A stretch of 64,000 nt of DNA from Dehalococcoidia bacterium (GTDB lineage Bacteria; Chloroflexota; Dehalococcoidia; Lucifugimonadales; VXLM01), in NCBI GenBank assembly GCA_965242665.1, contig OZ251484.1, forward strand, positions 1,843,531 through 1,907,530. Reading direction: 5' to 3'. The position numbers and the translations under genes were made by a program. Below the pieces are notes generated by a model. It ran no database searches, was not told the DNA's origin, and saw only the letters and a list, made by a program, of their open reading frames with translations. The first letter of the stretch is position 1, and each line of letters begins with the position of its first letter. Of this stretch, positions 1 through 7,771 are shown piece after piece.

Positions 1-818
1 ATTATATCAAGGGTGCCCCTGAACTTCCCATCGTCACCACGAGACGACAATATCATATCATCCCACACAAACTGAGATGAAAGTGCTTTGCATCGTATCA
101 ATGGAATAAGTTTTCTAATCCTCCCTATACGGCTCCCCACCCCATTACATGGATTGTAGGTTGCAACTCTTTTGATTGTATCATCTTCAGTGAAAACAGA
201 GTTGATATCTGTGTCTCCTGTATTTTCCCCTCGTTGAACTATTAGAGTATAACCAGATACCAAATTCCAACCTGTATCTAGTGACTCAATAGTAAGTTGA
301 ATTTCAGAACGAGAGTACATGGAAATAATTGGAGATTCAGAATATATCGACTCATGGAATATCCAGTATCCTAATCTAGGATTGATTGTCTGTAGAGTTC
401 CCTCAAACAACCCATATGTACCACGCACTGCCGAAAGCCAACCACCGGCTACTCTCGCATCATATGTTATGACCACTTGGACACGAGGATTATCCTGAAA
501 CGCTGATTCAATAGTAGTGCACGGTTTGATATGATGTAGAGAAACTAATCTCCAACCAGGAGTCAGTCTACTACTCTTGTTGTTCAATGAATGGAATATA
601 TTATCGTTTACCCAATTCTGGAGTTCGACAATTCTATCCCGTACATATAAGGATGATACCGACGCTGTATTAGACACGCTGCGCCGTAAGGTCTCTAGAA
701 TTCCTAGACCGATCAAGATATTGAGACCTATAGTGAGCCACCTCCAATCATTGAGGATAGTCCAGTCATTGAAGATACTCCACATTTGATTCAGCACCTC
801 TCGAATTCTGTCCAGCAT
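1..818 (-). CDS. Hypothetical low-GC membrane-anchored protein, 3' end runs off the window (>272 aa)
   Basis: Hand translation from ATG 818 (MLDRIREVLNQMWSIFNDWTILNDWRWLTIGLNILIGLGILETLRR...RGTLDI) has no stop before base 1. One N-terminal hydrophobic segment. Missing from the ORF track because it lacks a stop. Confidence 0.8.
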   Translation of the reverse strand, partial: MLDRIREVLNQMWSIFNDWTILNDWRWLTIGLNILIGLGILETLRRSVSNTASVSSLYVRDRIVELQNWVNDNIFHSLNNKSSRLTPGWRLVSLHHIKPCTTIESAFQDNPRVQVVITYDARVAGGWLSAVRGTYGLFEGTLQTINPRLGYWIFHESIYSESPIISMYSRSEIQLTIESLDTGWNLVSGYTLIVQRGENTGDTDINSVFTEDDTIKRVATYNPCNGVGSRIGRIRKLIPLIRCKALSSQFVWDDMILSSRGDDGKFRGTLDI

Positions 819-903
819 CGTGGTTGTTCGTCGACCAATGAACGATTGTTGCGGATACTACCACTGCATCCTCTTTGCCCTTGATAGTACCACCATACAC
901 GAT

Positions 904-919
904 TGACAACCAGTTGTCA
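904..919. promoter_or_regulatory. Perfect 7-2-7 palindrome TGACAAC-CA-GTTGTCA, operator-like
   Basis: Seen directly about 85 bp upstream of the low-GC ORF start. Confidence 0.45.
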
Positions 920-1014
920 TGGGTTTCCTCAACATTCCGGGAAAATGCCAGAAAACCGAATCAACTATAACTAACCAGAACGCATCCACGCGCCCTCACC
1001 CTCGCAGCTATCTC

Positions 1015-2370
1015 TCACGCGGCCTGCGCCCCATCGTAGCCGGGGTGCCCCGGCGCGCCGAAGAGGGGGCAGCCGGTGCAGGAGCGTGCCTGTCCACATG
1101 GAGCGGTCGCCGCTGGAGCGACGGAGGAGGAGAGGGGCCGCTCGGATACGGTGCCGCTCGGCCGCTCCTTGAAGAAGTCGATCTTGAGTTGCCTGCTCAC
1201 CGCGGGAGCGGCACCAGGGAACGTCAAGAACGGCGCGGCGCGTCTTCGCACGACCCCCATGGCCTCGAGGTCGCGCCAAGTGTCGATCCTGTGGCGCTCG
1301 CGCTGTTGGACGATGCGCGCGGCCGAGGTCGGCCCGATGCCGGGCGTCCGCAGCAGATCGGCTTTGCTTGCGCCGTTGACGTCGAGCGGAAACTTGTCCG
1401 CGTTCGACAGCGCGATCACCGTCTTTGGATCGTCCTCCAGGGCGAGGAAACCTGCCGGGTCGTAGGCAAGCCGAATCTCGTCGTCGCCGTACCGATAGAT
1501 GCGCTTGAGCCAGTCGATCTGATAGAGGCGGTTCGTGCGCCACATCGGCGTCGGCTCGTGATCCTCCAACGGCGTATAGCGGATCGGTATGAACGGATTG
1601 TAGTAGACCCGCTTGAAATTCCACTCTCCGTAGAGCTGCGTCATCCGCTGGTAGATGTCCCAGTCCGATTCGTCCGCCGCGCCCACGACGAGCTGCGTCA
1701 CCTGTCCAACCGCCCCATCAGGGCTCCGCCGACGCAAGAGCGTATCCATCCAGCGCATCTGCGAGAGCATGTCCCGTTCCAAATCCTTCATTCTACTGAG
1801 ACGATTCATTCCCTCCACTGTCGGCGTCTCGAGGTTGACGGACAAGCGCGTGCCGAGCCGGTATGCCTGTTCGATGTACTGATACTCCGTGCCGGGCATT
1901 ACCTTGAGATGGATGTACCCTGGGAACTTGTATTTGTTGCGGATGAGATCGACGACCTTGATGAGCTTCTCCGTCGTCTTCGATCCTGACCCTGCGACCC
2001 CAGAGCTGAGGAACAGCCCGGCGACGGTGTGCCGACGCTCTAGATCGTGGAACGTGCGCGCGAGCTCGTCCACCTTGAAGCCGAACCGCTTGCGCGGAAC
2101 CCAATGGCTGTTCGGACAGAAGTGGCAATCCATCTTGCAGAAGTCTGTGAACATGACCCGGAACAGGTTGATCGTCTTGCCGTTCGGCATGGATGCCTTG
2201 TATACGCCGGGAGCGGGGTTCTTCTCGCGGCGCGAATAGGGCGCGCGGACAACCGTGTACTTCTCGTCCGTTCGCGGACGAGACAGAACGTCGTCCGTCG
2301 CCATCCCCGCCAAATTCTCCAACTTTTCGTATCTGCTTGGCTCGCTTTGAATGAGCATGACAACCTCCAA
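1015..2370 (-). CDS. Putative DNA modification/repair radical SAM protein (TIGR03916-like) with C-terminal helix-hairpin-helix
   Basis: CxxxCxxC motif (CKMDCHFC), GLFLSSG, YIHLK, RLYQIDWLKRIY, and HhH segment LLRTPGIGPTSAARIV. Confidence 0.9.
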   Translation of the reverse strand: MEVVMLIQSEPSRYEKLENLAGMATDDVLSRPRTDEKYTVVRAPYSRREKNPAPGVYKASMPNGKTINLFRVMFTDFCKMDCHFCPNSHWVPRKRFGFKVDELARTFHDLERRHTVAGLFLSSGVAGSGSKTTEKLIKVVDLIRNKYKFPGYIHLKVMPGTEYQYIEQAYRLGTRLSVNLETPTVEGMNRLSRMKDLERDMLSQMRWMDTLLRRRSPDGAVGQVTQLVVGAADESDWDIYQRMTQLYGEWNFKRVYYNPFIPIRYTPLEDHEPTPMWRTNRLYQIDWLKRIYRYGDDEIRLAYDPAGFLALEDDPKTVIALSNADKFPLDVNGASKADLLRTPGIGPTSAARIVQQRERHRIDTWRDLEAMGVVRRRAAPFLTFPGAAPAVSRQLKIDFFKERPSGTVSERPLSSSVAPAATAPCGQARSCTGCPLFGAPGHPGYDGAQAA

Positions 2371-2404
2371 GATGCGTTCGCACTTTGCGACCAGTCATTG
2401 TAAT

Positions 2405-2418
2405 AGTACTTATGTTCT
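2405..2418 (-). promoter_or_regulatory. LexA/SOS-box-like operator AGAAC-ATAA-GTACT
   Basis: 35 bp upstream of the radical SAM start. One mismatch to the GAAC-N4-GTTC LexA box of Firmicutes/Actinobacteria/Chloroflexi. Same format recurs at 2872, 3058 and 48452. Confidence 0.65.
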
Positions 2419-2436
2419 TTTACCACACAGCCATTG

Positions 2437-2820
2437 TCAACCCCCAAAAGTGCCCATGCGCCGAACCCGAGCGGAGCGCGGTCTCATATTGGTTCCGTTT
2501 GATTTATTGGCATGGCGGCTATGGGACGGCAACTCCAAAGCGATACGTCGAATCCAATCCATGCCGAGAGAAAGGAACGGAACGCCGTTGCCTCGCGCGC
2601 GTGCGCGCACACGAGTTCTGTAGAATCTTGTCGGATTCTGTCGGGTTTTGTCGAATTTTGTAGAAGGCGGGAGGGAGGCCGTCTCTTCGGGGGTTTGGAC
2701 GCAGGGGGGATTCCCGCCTTCGCGGGAATGACGTGAGTGGGTGCGGGAATGACAGGGGTGAGTGTGGTCATGCAGATGGCCGGCGGAGGAGGTGGTTGGG
2801 GGCTGGTATGGTTCACGCAT
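2437..2820 (-). CDS. Possible 127-aa ORF inside element A (coding status doubtful)
   Basis: AAGGAG RBS precedes ATG 2820. Shares GNGVPF and LELPSxxRHANxSNxT with ORF 48050-48400, but part of the shared DNA is read in different frames in the two copies. Confidence 0.3.
   Translation of the reverse strand: MREPYQPPTTSSAGHLHDHTHPCHSRTHSRHSREGGNPPCVQTPEETASLPPSTKFDKTRQNPTRFYRTRVRARARGNGVPFLSLGMDWIRRIALELPSHSRHANKSNGTNMRPRSARVRRMGTFGG
2710..2729. repeat. ATTCCC-N8-GGGAAT palindrome (dRS3/REP-like)
   Basis: Further copies at 2917-2936, 3103-3122, 30919-30938, 53646-53665 and 53706-53725. Confidence 0.9.
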
Positions 2821-3137
2821 GGGGGTATCTCCTTGGGTTGTGGTTTTGCGGAGTGGTCATAGTCCTATGGTAGTACGTGGGTTCTGTTTTGTCAAATGTG
2901 ATGCAGGGAGGTGGAGATTCCCGCCTACACGGGAATGACGTGGGTGTGTGCGGTCATACGGATGGCCGGCGTGGGAGGTGGTTGGGGGCTGGTATGGTTC
3001 ACGCATGGGGGTATCTCCTTGGGTTGTGGTTTTGCGGAGTGGTCATAGTCCTATGGTAGTACGTGGGTTCTGTTTTGTCAAATGTGATGCAGGGAGGTGG
3101 AGATTCCCGCCTACGCGGGAATGACGTGGGTATGTGG
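2766..3137. repeat. Tandem duplication, 2 x 186 bp, containing the element promoter and a dRS3-like palindrome
   Basis: Near-identical units start at 2766 and 2952 (e.g. GGTGGTTGGGGGCTGGTATGG at 2791 and 2977). Confidence 0.95.
2867..2895 (-). promoter_or_regulatory. sigma70-type promoter TTGACA-N17-TACCAT with AGAAC-CCAC-GTACT box in the spacer (duplicated at 3053-3081)
   Basis: Reverse complement reads TTGACA aaacAGAACCCACGTAC TACCAT. Confidence 0.75.
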
Positions 3138-3193
3138 GAATGACGGGGGAGAGTGTGCCAATGAATCGAACGGAACTCTGAGGGCGAGGGACG

Positions 3194-3222
3194 TTGACGT
3201 GAAAAGTTCGATATGATAGGAT
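3194..3222 (+). promoter_or_regulatory. Predicted sigma70 promoter TTGACG-N17-TAGGAT of the MarR-ABC operon
   Basis: Motif match. It overlaps ATG 3213, which implies the true MarR start is downstream (GTG 3234 or later). Confidence 0.5.
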
Positions 3223-3233
3223 ACTTCGAGTTA

Positions 3234-3746
3234 GTGGAACCAAAGGCGGCTCTCTTGCAACCAACGAGAAGAAAACTCATCGACCGCATTGTTGCCAGCA
3301 TGGATAGAATCGGGAGGCTCGGAAGGGCGCGCTACCGAGACGAGCTTGCGGGCTTCGACATGACCATGCCGCAAATCCGCACCCTCTACTTCCTGAGCCG
3401 CGGCCCTCAGCGCATGAGGGATATCTCCGACCACCTAATGCGCGGGATGCCCTCCGCAACGAGCATGATAGATCGACTCGTCGCCAAAGGATACGTCGAG
3501 CGCATCCCCAACCCCTCCGACCGTCGAGTCGTCCTCTGCCGGATAACCGACGCAGGACAAGAAGTGCTCGACCGCTTTTCGCGCATGGGCGCAATCCGCC
3601 TCGAATCCGTCGCCGACTCGTTGACCGACGAGGATCTGAATACCATCGCCCCGGCCCTGGACATCCTAGCCGCCGCGATGGCCGAGCAAATCACGTCTGA
3701 GGCGCACGCTTGCGACAATTCCGAGGCGAAGCCGCAATGCGGCTGA
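3234..3746 (+). CDS. MarR family transcriptional regulator (start uncertain)
   Basis: MTMPQIRTL...SATSMIDRLVAKGYVERIPNPSDRRVVLCRIT winged-helix pattern. Confidence 0.9.
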   Translation: MEPKAALLQPTRRKLIDRIVASMDRIGRLGRARYRDELAGFDMTMPQIRTLYFLSRGPQRMRDISDHLMRGMPSATSMIDRLVAKGYVERIPNPSDRRVVLCRITDAGQEVLDRFSRMGAIRLESVADSLTDEDLNTIAPALDILAAAMAEQITSEAHACDNSEAKPQCG

Positions 3747-3777
3747 CGACGCACCCCAACGACAGGAGGCCACTGCC

Positions 3778-5739
3778 ATGATGTCAGGCGGAATGGGCGG
3801 CGGAGGATACTACGGCGGGCGCGGCTATGGCGGACCCATGCGCCGCATGAACGAAGCAGAACTAGACCAAGACGAGGCAGGAAAGATCTACGACCATCGC
3901 ATCGTCACGCGATTGCTCTCCTACTTTCGACCGTATGCATCCATCGTCATCGTCGCCTTCATCGCTACCATGGCATATACCGCCACCGTCGTAGCCCTGC
4001 CGTTGATCGTAGCCAGAGTAATCGACGACTACATTCGACCAGGAGACCTCTCCGGCTTGAACTGGATCGTCGGAGTGTTCGTCGCCGTTGCCGCCGCACA
4101 GTTCATCGCAAGCTACCTCAACATGCGTCTCATGGCGCTCGCCGGACAAAACGTCCTCCGCACCCTCCGAGTAGAGCTGTTCAATCACATCCAACGCCTC
4201 TCCATGTCGTTCTTCGATAAGAACGAGGTCGGACGCATCATGTCCAGAGTCCAAAATGATGTGCGACAACTCCAAGAAGTCTTGTCCGTCTTCGTGAACA
4301 GCTTTGGACAAATACTCAGTCTCATCGGCATCGTCGGCGCGATGATGTTCTTGAACGTCCAGCTGGCGCTCATCACCCTGTCCGTCGTCCCCATTCTCTT
4401 CATCGCCTTGAACGTATGGCAGCGGTTCGCCCGCCGATCCTTCATGCGGGTCCGCACAGCCATCGCAGAGGTCAACTCCGGCCTCCAGGAAAACATCTCC
4501 GGCGTCAGGGTCGTTCAGAGCTTGAATCAGGAAGAGCGGAACATCCGCCGATTCGAGCAATCGAACGTTGCAAATCTCGAAGCCAACCTCCAAGCCAGCC
4601 GCCTCAGCGCCGCCCTCCTTCCCACCGTAGAGCTGCTAACATCCTTGGGTCTGGCGCTCGTCGTCTTCTTCGGCGGCTACATGGTCTTCGGCGGAGACGT
4701 CGAAGCAGGCGTGCTCGTCGCCTTCGCCCTCTACATCCAGCGCTTCTTCGAACCCGTCCGCACCCTCACGCAAGAATACGGCAGCTTGCAAAGAGCCATG
4801 GTCTCCGGAGAGCGCATCTTCGAAATACTCGACCGAACCCCGGACGTCGTAGAGCGGGACGACGCTCCCAACCTCCCTCCCATAAAGGGGAATATCGCCT
4901 ACCAAGACGTATCCTTCCACTACCAAGACGGCGAGCCAGTCCTGCAAAGCGTGAACCTCGACATCGCCGCCGGTCAGACGGTCGCCTTCGTCGGACCAAC
5001 CGGCGCAGGCAAGACGACCATGGTCTCCCTCCTCTTGCGACTCTACGACGTGACGGAAGGGCGTATCACCATCGACGGCGTCGACGTTCGAGATATTGCC
5101 CTCGACTCGCTCTACCACCAAGTCAGCGTCGTCCCCCAGGAGCCATACCTCTTCTCCGGCTCCACCATCGCAGACAACATCCGCTACAACCGCGCCGGGG
5201 TCTCAGACGAGCAGATCACCGCCGCGGCAAAGGCAGTGGGCGCGCACGAGTTCATCGCGAAACTCGAGCGCGGATACGATACCCCCCTGCAAGAGCGCGG
5301 AGGCAATCTGAGCATCGGGCAGCGCCAGCTCATTAGCTTCGCGCGCGCAGTCGTCGGAGAGCCCCGCGTCCTCATCCTCGACGAAGCGACCGCCAATATC
5401 GACACAAACTCCGAAATGCAGATACAGCGCGCGCTTACGGAGATGCTCGAACACCGAACCGCCGTCGTCATCGCACACCGCCTATCGACGATCCGAAACG
5501 CCGACGTAATCGCCGTCCTCGATGGCGGCAAGATAGTCGAGCAAGGCTCGCACGACGAGTTGACAGCGCTGAACGGCATGTATGCGCGGCTTCAATCGTT
5601 CGACAGCGCCGGACAAGAACACCTCCATCAACCCAAGCCCGGCCAACTCCCCCGGAGGCAAGCCGCCCAGTGGGCGCAGCGCGGTGGACATAGGCCCCGA
5701 CGCCCGGGGATGCGACCGCCCATGCGCGGCCGGGAGTGA
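3778..5739 (+). CDS. ABC exporter, fused TMD + ATPase (MdlB/Sav1866-like)
   Basis: Six TM segments, Walker A GPTGAGKTT, signature LSIGQ, Walker B ILDEATA, H-loop IAHRLST. Confidence 0.95.
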   Translation: MMSGGMGGGGYYGGRGYGGPMRRMNEAELDQDEAGKIYDHRIVTRLLSYFRPYASIVIVAFIATMAYTATVVALPLIVARVIDDYIRPGDLSGLNWIVGVFVAVAAAQFIASYLNMRLMALAGQNVLRTLRVELFNHIQRLSMSFFDKNEVGRIMSRVQNDVRQLQEVLSVFVNSFGQILSLIGIVGAMMFLNVQLALITLSVVPILFIALNVWQRFARRSFMRVRTAIAEVNSGLQENISGVRVVQSLNQEERNIRRFEQSNVANLEANLQASRLSAALLPTVELLTSLGLALVVFFGGYMVFGGDVEAGVLVAFALYIQRFFEPVRTLTQEYGSLQRAMVSGERIFEILDRTPDVVERDDAPNLPPIKGNIAYQDVSFHYQDGEPVLQSVNLDIAAGQTVAFVGPTGAGKTTMVSLLLRLYDVTEGRITIDGVDVRDIALDSLYHQVSVVPQEPYLFSGSTIADNIRYNRAGVSDEQITAAAKAVGAHEFIAKLERGYDTPLQERGGNLSIGQRQLISFARAVVGEPRVLILDEATANIDTNSEMQIQRALTEMLEHRTAVVIAHRLSTIRNADVIAVLDGGKIVEQGSHDELTALNGMYARLQSFDSAGQEHLHQPKPGQLPRRQAAQWAQRGGHRPRRPGMRPPMRGRE

Positions 5740-5799
5740 CCAGGGCCGCCGTCCTACCCGTCGCAAATCGAATTGACGCGCGCTACGATGCGCCCGCGG

Positions 5800-7551
5800 T
5801 CATAGATGACCCTCTGCCTTCCAAACTTCCCGCAGGACTCCAATCATACGGCGGTTCGTCTCCGCGTCCTTGACCGCAATCCGGATCGACCGGCTGCCAA
5901 GCCTCGGGGCCGTTGCCCCCGCATCCCGAAGGAACAAGCCGTACTCTCGACACCTCGCCATGAGGGCCGCAGCGTCGGGGCCGTACTCAGGCAGATGGCA
6001 GAGAAGATAGTTCGCCTCTCCTGGCACGACTGTGAAGTTCCCTATACCCTGCAAGTCCGCCGCCAACTGCGTTCGCAGTCGGTGCGTCTCCTGATACCGC
6101 TTGGCGTAGTATTCGGAGTCTTGCAATGCCATGACCGCCGCCATCTGCCCCGGCAAGCTCACTGCCCACGGGGGATTCAACGGCCTCAGCCGCTCGATCA
6201 CGCGGGGATGACCGCATAGGTATCCAACCCGCACGCCGCTGAGCGCATACGCCTTCGACATAGACTTGCAGACCACCACGTTCGGGCTATTCGCGGCGAA
6301 ATGCTCAAGCGATTCATGCTTCCCAACGTAGTCTACGTACGTCTCGTCGACCAAGACGATGCTATGCGGCGGGATGCCGCGCAGCAAATCTTCCAGAGCC
6401 GCCCGCGGGATGTGGCGTCCAGTCGGGTTGTTTGGGTTCACGATCACGGCCAGATCGTAACCCCTCATGAGCTCCTCTTCGAGCCGCCTTGGACTCACCG
6501 CATATCCGTCGCCGCGGCTCAATTCGAGCCGGCCTACTCTGCACCCAATGACGTTCTCGAAAACGTGCGTATACTCGCCGTACGTGGGGTCGAGAACAAG
6601 CACTCTCGAAGACGGCGAGAGCCATTGACGGAGGGCAAGGAAGATCAGGTTGGAAGAGCCCCCGCCCGGAAGCACGGACTCCTCGCGAACGCCGCGGCTC
6701 CGCGCTATCTGCGCAATCAGCCCCTCGCACCCCGTTGGAGGCGAGGTGCGAACCGCCCACGGCAGATACTCTCTCAGCGTGTCGATCACCTTCGGGGACG
6801 GTGGAAACCAAGCATCCAACACATCCGCGTTGATGATATGCGCGATGCTCCGCAGGTCTTCGAAGCCATGGCCAATGGCATCGAAAGAAGCGCCTCCGTG
6901 ATACGCTGTGGCCGACGCTCTCATTGGTATTTCAAGCTGCCAATCGAGCCTATTCAGCCTCTGATCGATGCTGCGTTTGGACGCCATCGTCTCCCCTAGG
7001 CGGTCCACGGAATCCCGCACGGCGTCGATCGTGCCGGTCAGGAGCTCGAACCGAACCGCCCCGGACGTCACTTGCCTGCCAGCCGGCCGGAGCCCTGCCT
7101 TCACATAGAGCCTCAGCAACTCCGCGCGGCCAATGGCAACGATGTTCCTGCCGCCCCTCGACTCGATCCATCGAAGGGCGGCGTACATGAGCACCGCAGC
7201 CGCCAAACTACCCCGAAACGCCCTCGCAACCGTGAGTAGGCGCAATTCGTACAAACCCTCGTCGAACGGCGCCGGCACGTCATCCCTGCGGAAATACTTG
7301 TCCACGGAATACGATCCATTGCCCGGCGGGGTAATGCTGATGAATCCAGCAATCAGACCGTTCGATTTGGCGACGATATACGAATTGAACTCGTCCAAAG
7401 GGTCGGTCAATCTGCCGTCGACGTTTTCCGGATGTTGGCCCAACTCCCTGGCATAGACCTCGTGGCGCAGCCTGAATATGTCGTTCATGTCGCAGGCAGT
7501 CGCCAGAGCGACCGTCAGGCCTTTCCGCGGTGATGGACCCGGCATTCTCAT
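5800..7551 (-). CDS. Fusion of GNAT-type N-acyltransferase and class I/II PLP enzyme (CobD/HisC-like)
   Basis: N-terminal FRLRHEVYARELG...YELRLLTV GNAT-like domain. C-terminal HGG, VNPNNPTG, VDETY and PLP-lysine motif SMSKAYALSGVRVGY. Confidence 0.85.
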   Translation of the reverse strand: MRMPGPSPRKGLTVALATACDMNDIFRLRHEVYARELGQHPENVDGRLTDPLDEFNSYIVAKSNGLIAGFISITPPGNGSYSVDKYFRRDDVPAPFDEGLYELRLLTVARAFRGSLAAAVLMYAALRWIESRGGRNIVAIGRAELLRLYVKAGLRPAGRQVTSGAVRFELLTGTIDAVRDSVDRLGETMASKRSIDQRLNRLDWQLEIPMRASATAYHGGASFDAIGHGFEDLRSIAHIINADVLDAWFPPSPKVIDTLREYLPWAVRTSPPTGCEGLIAQIARSRGVREESVLPGGGSSNLIFLALRQWLSPSSRVLVLDPTYGEYTHVFENVIGCRVGRLELSRGDGYAVSPRRLEEELMRGYDLAVIVNPNNPTGRHIPRAALEDLLRGIPPHSIVLVDETYVDYVGKHESLEHFAANSPNVVVCKSMSKAYALSGVRVGYLCGHPRVIERLRPLNPPWAVSLPGQMAAVMALQDSEYYAKRYQETHRLRTQLAADLQGIGNFTVVPGEANYLLCHLPEYGPDAAALMARCREYGLFLRDAGATAPRLGSRSIRIAVKDAETNRRMIGVLREVWKAEGHL

Positions 7552-7771
7552 CTCCCTCGATTATTGGTGCGTACCATTATGACAGACTCCCCGCACGAAG
7601 ACGATAGCGCGTCCCGAAGCAGCAGTTCCGCGTTTCCTCTACACTGCGCTTGGAGTGTCCCTACGTATACGCGGCGGCCGCAGACCACTGGATTTCTGAA
7701 TCCAGGACACACCGCACGCATAGAATAAACGGAACCGCGCCGACAGCGGTGAAGTCCGATGCAGGCCCATC

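Larger units (their letters stand above)
2491..2900 (-). repeat. Dispersed element copy A: promoter + SOS-like box + RBS/ATG + 10-bp phased repeats + terminal hairpin
   Basis: Collinear homology with 48092-48480: promoter block, TGTCGRATTY repeats, GCGCGCGTGCGC, GGAACGCCGTTGCCTC, GGGACGGCAACTCCAAA and the GGTTYCGTT end. Confidence 0.8.

Noticed and set aside
919-1989. Long + strand ORF (356 aa) and the many other long overlapping ORFs in the track (e.g. 14270-15322, 35020-36426, 46086-47639, 32097-33575)
   Set aside because: They are antisense or alternate-frame shadows of well-supported genes in high-GC DNA, with no recognisable motifs and Arg/Pro-biased composition.
2700-3140. Possible CRISPR array from recurring palindromes
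   Set aside because: The intervening sequences are duplicated rather than unique spacers, the period is 186 bp, and no cas genes are present.
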